Below are positions 53,055-64,000 of a stretch of 64,000 nucleotides of DNA, in pieces. The notes beneath the pieces were generated by a model. That model had not been told where the DNA came from. It did no database searches and was given only the letters and a program-made list of their open reading frames with translations. The DNA is from Eledone cirrhosa (Eukaryota): positions 148,056,001 to 148,120,000 of the forward strand of contig OZ024742.1 in the NCBI GenBank assembly GCA_964016885.1. The letters run 5' to 3'. The position numbers and the translations under genes were made by a program. Position 1 is the first letter of the stretch; each line of letters starts with the position of its first letter.

Positions 53055-54183
53055 CGGAGGTTTATATAGAGATGACATGCTTTTACTTATTGATAATAAT
53101 AACTCTGAACTAAATAGAAAATGTAAACAAATTACACAATTTTTTAATTACTTTAATCTTAAAATAGAAATTGAGAACAACCATAGAATAGTCAATTTCC
53201 TAGATATAACATTAAATCTCAACACATGTCTTCACTATCCTTTTCACAAGTTGAATGAAAACTTAAACTATGTCAGCTTTAACTCTAACCACCCCAGATC
53301 TGTCAAAAACACTATAGTAAACTCTGTTCAAAAACGTATCTCTAGAATCTCATCCAATAGAAAGATTTTCGACGAAAAAGCCCAGTACTACAATGAAGCG
53401 TTAGCTAGAGCAGGATATAGTGATAAGATTATGTACATAGATAATGATAGACAAACTAAACAAAATAACAACTATTTTAATTACGGCAACAACCTTAACA
53501 ACTATAATAGAAAGCATTACAATAATTCCAAAAGCCAAAAAAGAAATAGAACTAGGAACATAATTTGGTTTGCCCCCCCTTTCTCACTAAACATTAAAAC
53601 CCACATCGCTAAACTATTTTTTAAAGCTCTTGATAATCGCTTCCCTAGAACACATAGGTATCACTCAATTTTCAATAGACATACTATAAAATTAACCTAC
53701 TCATCCACCAAAAATTTAGCACAAAATATTAATAGAATAAATAATAGGAACTTAAAACCTAGTGATAATAGCATAAATAATATACAAGTTAACAAATGTA
53801 ACTGTAGAGATAGATCTAAATGTCCGTTAAATAACAACTGCTTAGTTAAAAATATAATATACAATTGTAATGTTAAAACTGACTCTAATTCTTTTAACTA
53901 CGTCGGTTCCACATCGACGGAATTTAAACTTCGCTATAATAACCACAAGAATTCTTTCACAGATCCAAGCAAAAAATCTTCAACAGCACTATCAGGCGTA
54001 CTCTGGCAACTTAAGCTAGATAACGTTAGATATTCGACGGCTTGGAATATAGTCTCAAGAGGGATTCCTTTTAATTCATCCTCTGAGACATGTGACCTCT
54101 GCGCAGAGGAGATATTCTTTATACTAAAATCTAAAAATTCCCTTAATCTACGGACAAAATTTATTCAGTTGCTGCAAACATAG
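53055..54183 (+). pseudogene. Penelope RT C-terminus + GIY-YIG, 5'-truncated
   Basis: GLYRDD, VNFLDITLNL, YV..NSNHP, RNIIWFAPPFS, CNCR....CPL.NNCL, YVGSTSTEFKLRYNNH, CDLCAEE. Confidence 0.92.
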
Positions 54184-54688
54184 ATTAAACTCAACTTTTA
54201 AATATGAATTTAAATTTAAAATGTAGTATATTTAGTTTGATTTATAATTATTTGGGAAACTAGCCGATAAATCTTTCGATTTCTTCTTTTTATTCTTCTT
54301 TTTATTTTTATTTTTATTTAAACATTCTTCATGAAAAATTAAACTACCTTAAAAGTTGATGCTCCAAATATTTCGAATAAACGTTACACTAGATAAACTT
54401 CTATATTAAATATAAGAACACATGTAGACCAAATGGGCATCCTAAACTTTGTGAAATGATTTTTGCTAGACGCGATTTGATAAATAATTTTTAGCTTTAT
54501 CTGTTTTCGACTCTGATGCTTATAATGAACTTGGCAATATATTGTCAATTAATTTTGAAGGGTTGATCTTTGTGGTTTGTTTTTATTATTGTAGTATTTT
54601 CTAATATTTTTATTTTTAATATGTAATATTTTTAATATGTAATATTTTTAATATGTAATATTTTTTCGTAATATTTTTTAGTTTTCTA

Positions 54689-54743
<55 letters not shown>

Positions 54744-55602
54744 TTTTTTTTTTTTGGGGGTTTTTGTTTCTGATATTTTTTTTATTAATATATTGAAATC
54801 TGTTCTCTATTTCTGCTTGATAGATAATCACGTAGAGTAAAGACAAGATTAGTAGTAATATAGACTCTATATATATGTGTATATATATACACATATATGT
54901 ATACTTAAATTTTTATAGCACAATGAGAATGTTCTCCGTGGAAAATTGGGGTTTGCAGAGTTGATCACGTAAATTCACATCGATGTTTGTAGTTATCATA
55001 TAAACATATGAATTTTTAAAACTAAACATAAGATCATTACTTTTCACACATTATGGATACGTGTCTCATTCAGGAATACTGATATTTACATTATAGTGCC
55101 TGGTTTTTATACATACTAATACTTCTACATTAAAACATAGGTTTTTTATGCCTCGCCTATGTCTGGTTACTTTTCATTTTTCTCTCTATATAACAGCTGG
55201 TTTCTCTCCTAACCACATATATCTCCCTTACATTAATACTAGAGCTAAATAAATAAATAATTAAATGTATCATTGATACGTTTATTCAACGGATGTCCAA
55301 CCACCTACTTTTCTCTATATATCTATCTCTATCTATCTCCTCTCTCTATATATATCTCTCTCTGTTTCTTTACATGAAGTTCTTCTCTTTATCTATCTTT
55401 CCATCTCTCTATTTTGTTCCATGCATTTCTTCTTTTTCTTCTTTTTCTTCGTTTTCTTTCTTTCTTTTCGTTCTTTCCTTTTTTTCTCTCTTTCTTTCTT
55501 TCTGTTTACAATTTTTTTCACTGCCAAATCAACTTTTCAAATACAAGTCGATGTTGAACGGTATGTCAAATCTATTTATCTATAAAACTGTCTATATTGT
55601 AT

Positions 55603-55660
55603 TTTGTCTGAGGAAGGCATAGCATATTGTTAATATGATATCCCTGAAATATATATAATG
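55603..55660 (+). ncRNA. Hammerhead-like core in pLTR (inverted copy at ~52908-52963)
   Basis: CTGAGGA (55608-55614), long stem II AGG.ATA.CATATT / AATATG.TAT.CCT, GAAA (55646-55649), palindromic TATATA. Confidence 0.55.
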
Positions 55661-55792
55661 AAATAAATATGGTTTTATAAATATAGTTTCCATTTATTTA
55701 ATATCGTAAATATACTCCAAATACTTGTCGAGTGCTTTTATATCAGTTATAAATATTTACTAGTTGTAACCCAACAATTTAAATATAACTTT

Positions 55793-55871
<79 letters not shown>

Positions 55872-55916
55872 GAGAGTAAAACAAAGAAGCCTTCAATACA
55901 TCAAAAGTCTTTATTA

Positions 55917-55954
55917 GCCGACAATGTTTCGTCCTATTAAGGACTCATCAGGGC
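55917..55954 (-). ncRNA. Type I hammerhead ribozyme
   Basis: GCC-CUGAUGA-GUCC-UUAAUA-GGAC-GAAAC-AUU-GUC^GGC; every conserved core base is present; AATAAA follows. Confidence 0.88.
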
Positions 55955-56178
55955 AATTAAAACAACAAGAAGTAATATCGGCAGATACAAGCCGGAAGCT
56001 CCGAAGAATATGAGTGTATGTACACTCCATATTCTGAATTAGCCGTCGAAACGGCTTGAGCTCAGCCGTCGGGGTGTTACTGGTTCCTATATATATATAT
56101 ATATATATATATATTAGTAGAACACTGGAGGGTTATATCCGCAGTAGTAGAACACTCAGTCCATAGGACGAGTTTGGT

Positions 56179-56278
56179 AGAAGTAGTTCCACAACAGTTA
56201 GTTCACCATACCGAGCTGAAGATCCGCTTAAGGTGAAACATTTGTTCTCGGTATGGTGAACTAACTGTTGTGAACTGC

Positions 56279-56282
<4 letters not shown>
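56179..56282 (+). ncRNA. Hammerhead core closed by a ~36-bp stem I
   Basis: Arms 56179-56215 and 56247-56282 pair; the loop reads CUGAAGA-UCC-GCUUAA-GGU-GAAA-CA-UU-UGUU^. Confidence 0.7.
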
Positions 56283-56326
<44 letters not shown>

Positions 56327-58204
56327 GCATGTATATGAGAATTCTTTATTATAACTGAACCATTTTATTGCTGTCAGAAAGGCTGCAAATTCTTGTCACT
56401 TAATGATCGATTCCTGTTAATATTGAAATGAATATTAATGGCATTCTACATACTTGCAGTCGTAGTCATGTTTAACAGATTTATTGTAAATATATTGACG
56501 AGCATTTGTGTGTGTTTGTTTGCGTTTGTGTGTGCATGTGTGTCTCTGTCTGCGTGTCTCTACGTGTGCGTGTGCTTGCATGTGTGTGTTTGTACGTGTG
56601 TGCTTGCCTGTGTGATTGTGTGTCTGTTTGTGTTTGCGTGTGTGTGTTTCTGTGTGTGAGTATTGTACAATATACAAATGAAATGATATTGATATTAACT
56701 ATTAACATTTTATTCAGCCAGTGCTATATTGAGAAACCGGAGATAATATGATAAATATAATTAAATAAATTGTATTAAATATATGTGTAATTACATTAGA
56801 TATAATTATATAATACAATAGGAAATATACTCTAAGATAATATAATATAGAATGTAATATAACGTAATATAGTATAATATCATATAACATAATTTAATAT
56901 TATGTAATGTAATACAATATAATATAATATAATATAATATAATATAATATATTTAAAAAAAATGTTGTCGATGATTCGTTGCTTGGTTCTAAATGTTTAA
57001 CTAGTCTCTTCCTCGAAATATTTGAAGGGGGTATATTAGCTTTATCTACAGACATATTTATACAAAGCAATAAGGAAATGAAGAATAAAAGAAAAGGAAA
57101 AGAAATAAAATTAATGAAGAAATTAAACAACGAAAGGAGAAGGAAAAGTGGGAAGTTCTATATTGGGAAAAGAAATACAAAGCACCGCAAGGGAAATATC
57201 AGACCTGTCAACTCTCCTCGTCCGACGGGGAGATCTTCCACCCACTTTGAAAATGGGTATAGCCTCTTGTGAAAATGGGTATAGCTTTTATTATGTAAAA
57301 TCTCCCAATTTTGCCTCACTTCTCCCCGTTTTGGGGCACTTTTTTTCATAGTATCCCTGTCTGAAATATATAAAATACAAATATGAACCGTTGACTGCAA
57401 ACATTCATAAGTATAGATAGGTTCTTGTATCGTGTTCAGAAGAGGCAACTGACGTCTCTGGGCTGATTCATGCAAGCATTTTTTTGTCTTTCGAACGAAG
57501 GGGATCGCTGATGTTGTCGTCGTTGTGGTGGTTGCTGTTGTTGTTATTGACGATGTCGTCGTTGTCGTCGTTGTTTAAACCCAGCTCAGCTCGCATCAAG
57601 TAGAATTATGGTTAAATGTGTTTCAACTGTGACATTTTGAGTTTTTAAGACAAAGCATATCCAGCATTACATTATCATTTACTTTTTAAGATTGTTGGGT
57701 GTGATTAGAGAGAAACAAGACTGCTATTTCGAGCAGATACAGTGGTTACTGTATCTGTTCAAGCAGTCTTGTTTTGTTCGCCATACCACTGACCTTAAAA
57801 ACCAATGTCATTTGGTGATAAGTTTTAAATGGAAATAGGCAGTGAACTAGACGGCCTGAGTGCAAATTCCGCCAAGGTTAATATTGCCTTTCATCCTTTC
57901 GAGTCTGATAAAATTGTGCCAATCCAGCACTGGGATCAATATCTCTTTCTTATTTCCTCTCTCTTAACCTCCCCTTTTCTTGAAGAAATCGGTCAGTGGT
58001 TGAAGGATGGGCCTCTACGGCAACTGCAACGACTCCATTACAAGACAAAATGCATTGAGAATGAAAGTCAGACAGTTGGAGGGAGAGGGATAGAAATGGA
58101 GGGGGGAAGAGAGAGATAGAGTGGGTAAGTAATGGAGGGACGGGGAGAGAGATAAGGGTGGGAGAGAGAGAGGAAGAGAAAAAGAAAGAGAAGATACGTT
58201 ACCC

Positions 58205-58306
58205 TTCTTCTTCTTCTTCTTCTTCTTCTTCTTCTTCTTCTTCTTCTTCTTCTTCTTCTTCTTCTTCTTCTTCTTCTTCTTCTTCTTCTTCTTCTTCTTC
58301 TTCTTC
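58205..58306. repeat. (TTC)n microsatellite (another at 62983-63051)
   Basis: Direct reading. Confidence 0.97.
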
Positions 58307-58452
58307 CACAGTACTCAACCCCAAACCAAAGTCTCTAATTCTTCACCCCAACTTTTGCTTTATTTTCCTATGACAATATATTCCCTTCTTTCTTTCACTA
58401 TTTCTCGTCTCCATTTCATATCGTTCTGCATTTTCTTTGTAATTATTTTTAA

Positions 58453-59700
58453 ACTAACCTCGGCGGGATTTGAATTCAGAACGCAAAGAACCGTAACTAT
58501 AAGCAACGGTTCTTTACGTTCTGAGTTCAAATCCTGCCGGGGTTAGCTTTACCTTTCATCCTTACGGTCATCGATAAGTATCAGTAACGCACTATGGTCG
58601 ATTTAATCGACTTTTCCCTCCCACCAAATTACTGTCTTAGTGCCTAAATCAGAAATGATTATTTTAAAGACATGAGTAGTTAAGTTTTAATTAAATTAAC
58701 CCAGTACTTGACTGGTGTATTATTTTATCAACTCCGGAAGGGCGAGAGGCAACGTGAACCTCGACGGGATTTGAGCTTAAAATGTCATAACTAAATACCG
58801 CAAGGCTTTTTGTTTTACGCTCTAGTGATACTGTAAATCCACCTCTTCCCTTATGAGTTCATAGTGGATTGGCAGTATCGGTAGAGCGTCGGACACCCTG
58901 CTTAGCAGCATAGAGTTATGGCCCTTTACGTTCTGAGTTCAAATCCCGTCGAGGTTAGCTTTGCCTTTCATCCTTACGGTACCGATAAAATAAAGTATCA
59001 GTAACGCACTGGGATCGATTTAATCGACTTTCCTTTCTCCCCAAATTGCTGGCCTTGTGCCTAAATGAGAAAATCATTATTTATAAGATTATAAGGGCGG
59101 TAGATTGGTAGTATCGATAGAGCGTCGGACAATATGTTTTGCACCATATATTTACCTTCCTTTACGTTCTGAGTTCAAATCCTGATAAGGTTAGCTTTGT
59201 CTTTATCTTATGTGTTCACATCCCGCCGAGGTCAACTTTGCCTCTCATCCATCCAAGGTACACAAAATAAACTACTAATAAAGTACTGGTGTCGCTCTAA
59301 TCTATTCCCACCGCCGCTACATTGCCGGCCTTAAGCCAATGCTAGAAAGAATTATTGATAAATTTACAACTAACAGATGACGAATTGACAGAGTCGTTAG
59401 AACGTCGGATAGAATGCTTTATCTTATTCGTTCCGGCTCTCTGCTCTCTGAGTTCGAATCCCGCCGAAGTCAACTTTGCCTTTCATCCATTGGAGGTCGA
59501 TAAAAAAAGTACCAGTCTAGTACTGAGGTCGATTCTTCCTCTATATCTCTTTCTCATTTCCTCCCCCACACTTTCTATCTTTCTCTGGAAGAAATCTGTT
59601 GTACTCAGGCCTTGAAGGGGATGGGCTCCGCCAGGCTTAAAATGCCCCCGTATATCAATACGGCGCCCCTACGACACTATCAGGAGTTACGGCACCATAC
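58453..59700. mobile_element. Dense cluster of about 6 SINE copies
   Basis: Repeated B-box/core at ~58520, ~58760 (-), ~58935, ~59170, ~59220 and ~59450. Confidence 0.85.
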
Positions 59701-60894
59701 ATACATACATAAATACAACTAATAGGAGTATGGTAGATTAGTAGAATCGGTAGAATAACTAGAACGTCGTGGAAAATGTCCTGCAGGCATTAATTACGGC
59801 CTTGATGTTCTGAATTCAAATGCTACCGCGGTCAGCTGCACTTTTTATCCCTTTGGAATCTCTAAAATAACTACCTACATTTATGTTATTGTATTCCTAC
59901 TTATTTCAAAATTTAAACCAAATATTGAATTATTTAGAATTTAATAAAGTACTATTTTAAATCTAGTACTAGAATAAATTTTATCAACTGTCCCTTCTTA
60001 AATTTTGGGTCATCAGTCAATGTACTGATTATAAATTTTAGAGCATTTAAACCCATCTCAGATTGTACATTTTCAATATTTATATCTATATTACATTTCG
60101 ATTTGTCGACTTAGTTGCTGATTTGAGGGCAAACTGGTATATATCATAAATAAACACTCTGAAGATAATATAATCCTAGTTCTTCAACTTACTTCAATTC
60201 GTTCTTTCAACGTCCTTTCCACTCTTTCATCGTTTCATTCTTTTTTTTCTGCTTTCTCTTCTGCTAAAATTCATTCATTCTATCTTTTGATCCTTCAGTA
60301 TTAGACTTTTACATGCTTCGGGAGGTTTTTGTGTGAATTCTTTATAAAGTTGCCCCATGACAAGACATAAGTGAAGCCAAGTAAATGACGGCTTAATTAA
60401 ATGAAGGCCATTATAATAAATTCGTGGTCATAGCAAATGCAAGTATTATAAGAAATTGACTTTTCTTTCTGATTTTCATTCTGCTTTATTCCATTCCTTA
60501 CGTCTTTTAATCTTTCAGGATTTCATGCAATTATAGGCAGTACATTTGCAGTTGTTAAAAAGACGAATAGAATGCTTTGTGCTATTCGTTCCGGATCTCT
60601 GTTCTCTGAGTTCAAATCCCACCGACGTTAACTTCGCCTTTCATCCTTTCGAGATCGATGAACAAACTTACCAGTCAAGTACTTGGTTCGATTCTTCTCT
60701 ATATCTCCTTATCACTTCTTTACCTCCTCTCCCATTCTATCTCCTTTACGAGAAGTTATCGACTGTTCAGACCTGGAGAGGAGACGGTCTCTGCCAGGTT
60801 CAAATGCTCAAGGCACGCCGTATGTTCCAGCGGCGCCCCTGCCACTCCACCAGAAGTTACGAGCCCATACATATACATACATACATACATACAT

Positions 60895-61300
60895 GGTGGC
60901 TGCCAACTCGTTTTCGAGTACGGCCACTACTTTATACCCATGTAGGAGAACCCCTACCGAAGCGCTGAACGAGTGTGACTTTTTAGTCCAGCCAGCGACT
61001 TGAAAACTCTGGTACAAACACTACACTTGTGACAATTACTGACACACAGTGCTGGGCCAATGGTACCATGTGACGACAAGTGCAGAGAGATCTCCAGATA
61101 TAAAGCAATGCCTGTGCCGTGAAGCTTTTATAGTGAGCAAAGGCACTGCACAAAGCCAGTCCCACTCTCTTAACCAAGATGATATTTACCAAAAAGAAGA
61201 ACAAGTCAACATCATTGGATACCATCAGGGTTGCAGGTAGTTATATCAGAGTTTTCCTTCTCCTAGAATTCTGCCTTGACAAAGGCTAAGGGGTCATCTC
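60895..61300 (-). mobile_element. Bipartite RTE-like retroposon, copy 4
   Basis: Reverse complement of 41865-42270; (CATA)n on both sides. Confidence 0.8.
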
Positions 61301-61345
61301 ATACATACATACATACATACATACATACATACATACATACATACA

Positions 61346-61378
<33 letters not shown>

Positions 61379-61431
61379 GCATACATGCATACATGCATAC
61401 ATACATACATATAGACATGCATACACACATG

Positions 61432-61890
61432 ATGGCTTGCCCCCTCGTTATGTAGTATGGCCATTGCACGATATAACATTATTGATAATTATTAATTAAT
61501 TGTTTCTATTTTAGGCACAAGGCCAGCAAATTACCCAGTAGATTACTGGTACTTTATTTTATCGACTCAGTAAGGATGAAAGGCAAAGTTAACCTCGGCG
61601 GGATTTGAACTCAGATCATAAAGGGACGTAACTCTATACTGCCAATCCAGCTATCGTGCAATGCCTGTGCGTGAAGATTTTTTTTGAAGTGAGGAAAGAC
61701 TGTGCACTGAGCCAATCCCACTCTCTGAGCGACAGTAGCTATAACTAAAAAAGAAGAAAAGATCAACATCAATCGGTAACTACTCAGCCGCGGGTTTTAT
61801 ATCGGAGTTATCCCAGTTTCCTGGTTGCCTTCTCCTAGAAGAATGCCCTGACAAAGGCTAGGGGTCCTTCACTCCCAGTGGTTTAATACG
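61432..61890 (-). mobile_element. Short RTE-like subfamily copy with nested SINE (61500-61650)
   Basis: Reverse complement of 13840-14150, interrupted at its AATTAATT tract. Confidence 0.75.
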
Positions 61891-62143
61891 TACATTGTTT
61901 TGTTTTTATTTTTATCAATTCTCCAGGCTGCAAATTTTTCTTTCCTTCTTCCGTGCAATTTTCGGCCTGTATTTTTATCTTGTAGCCTTTCGTTTCGTCT
62001 TTTAGGTTTTCAATCTTTTAAATTTTTTTCTAATACTTTACTATGGTTATCACTGTTCCAGTTTCTGGTAGAAAGAAACGAAACGATGCCAAATTAAGCA
62101 AATTTTGTCGGAGTAAACTGAAGCTTCTCAAAATAAAATTTGC

Positions 62144-62249
<106 letters not shown>

Positions 62250-62578
62250 TTAATAAAAACAATGAATAAAAACAAAGAACAAGTTGCTTATATTAAAAAA
62301 TTCATCATTTTACGATCGTTTCTAGGATATATATGTGTGTTGGTATGTATATCATATAGATCTATGTAAAAATTTTACAAACTATCAGAGGAAATATACA
62401 TACCTTCACATATATATGCTGTCTTCAGAAATAATCTTATATATATATGTCTATCTTATATATATATATGTCTATATATATGTCTATCTTATATATATAT
62501 GTCTATCTATATGGCTGTCTATCTTTTACTCCTTTTGGCTGACATCTCGCTTTCTCTCCCCCTCTCTCTCTCTCTCTG

Positions 62579-62661
<83 letters not shown>

Positions 62662-63084
62662 TTGTGTGAATGTGTGTGTATACATATATAAGTGTGTGTG
62701 TGTGTGTATGTATGTAAGGAAAGAGATGATGAGAAGAAGAAGAGATGTGGTGATATATGTAGCTAAATAGATAAATAAACGAGCTGTTTGTTTATAGACT
62801 TCAATTTCTAAGCCCATCTTTGTGCCTGCTAGATTAAGATTGAACAGGTCTACACAACAAATATTGGTTTCTGTATTTTAGTCAGCAATGAGTTATTGGT
62901 ATTGAAAGCCAGCCATTACTCTACCAGATTAAATTGCTGCGTCGATGGTGAAAATATGTTCAGTTCGTCATCGAGATATTTACCTTCTTCTTCTTCTTCT
63001 TCTTCTTCTTCTTCTTCTTCTTCTTCTTCTTCTTCTTCTTCTTCTTCTTCTATCAACAACACCAGAAGCGCTAATTAAAGGAGC

Positions 63085-63216
63085 CCCAAACACCACCACC
63101 ACTACTAGTACCACTACTGCTACCACCACCACCACCACCACCACTAGTACCACTATCGCCCCCCCCCCCCGCATTACCCCCCCACTAGTACTACTACCGC
63201 CAGCACCACCAGCACC

Positions 63217-63247
<31 letters not shown>

Positions 63248-63611
63248 CCACCACCACCACCACCACCACCGCCCCAATCAAATTTGTTCAATTAACAAAC
63301 TCCGAGTCAAATTACTCAATGGATAATGTAGTCCTGGATTCCATCCCTACAAATACGAAAATGACGTGATGTCACGGCCGGAACGTCTCGTCTTTGATCT
63401 TAGGTCTGCACCATTAGACCTGACCTAGAGCTAAGTAACAACAGAAATAATCAGCTACGATCAACCACCACCAACAGCAGCACCACCACCAGCACAAGCA
63501 GCAGCAGCAGCACTACTACCACCACCACCACCACCACCACCAACACCACAACAACAATAAGCAGCAGTAGCAGCACCACCACCGTCACCACCACCAGCAG
63601 CACCATCACCA

Positions 63612-63645
<34 letters not shown>

Positions 63646-63866
63646 CTACAACAACAACCACCACCACCACTACTAACAACAACTACAGCCACCACTACCA
63701 CCTCCACCAGCACTACCACCACCACCAACAACAACTCCCCCCATCCCACCACCACCACCACCACCACCACCAACAACAGCCCTCCCCCCATCACCACTAC
63801 CACCAACCACCACCACCACCACCAACAACAACTCCCCCCTCCCACCACCACCACCGCCAACTACCG

Positions 63867-63897
<31 letters not shown>

Positions 63898-64000
63898 GCC
63901 CTCCCCATCACCACTACCGCCAACCACCACCACCACCAACAACAACAACTCCCCCCTCCCACCACCACCACCAACAACAACAACAGCCCTCCCCCATCAC
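63085..64000. repeat. Compound (ACC)/(AAC)/(AGC) trinucleotide low-complexity region
   Basis: Direct reading; interrupted at 63280-63460 by a dispersed repeat. A higher-order unit appears after 63700. Confidence 0.9.

Larger units (their letters stand above)
52862..55795 (+). mobile_element. Penelope-like element with inverted 5' pLTR fragment
   Basis: 52862-53050 is the exact reverse complement of 55515-55706; the ORF lies between; flanked by (TA)n. Confidence 0.9.

Overview
AT-rich, microsatellite-dense eukaryotic DNA made almost entirely of transposable-element debris. The abundant tRNA-derived SINE (…GAGTTCAAATCCCGCCGAGGTTAACTTTGCCTTTCATCCTTACGGGGTCGATAAAATAAAGTACCAGT…) resembles the one I recall from octopus genomes, so a cephalopod origin is inferred. 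No host gene can be supported. Contents: Helitrons (one split by a Buster-type hAT with TIRs and TSD); five Penelope-like elements with inverted pseudo-LTRs; a nearly full-length, frameshifted CRE-clade retrotransposon with an N-terminal PHD finger; an R4/Dong-like remnant; three stacked Tx1-type LINEs in (TCTA)n; a bipartite non-autonomous RTE-like family in (ATGT)n; MITEs; and more than 20 SINEs. Most interesting: a set of hammerhead-ribozyme cores, including short microsatellite-flanked non-coding elements, one with the core as the loop of a long inverted repeat (56179-56282, possibly also 49549-49909), and evidence for microsatellite-targeted retroelements. Coordinates were read by eye and may be off by a few bases.
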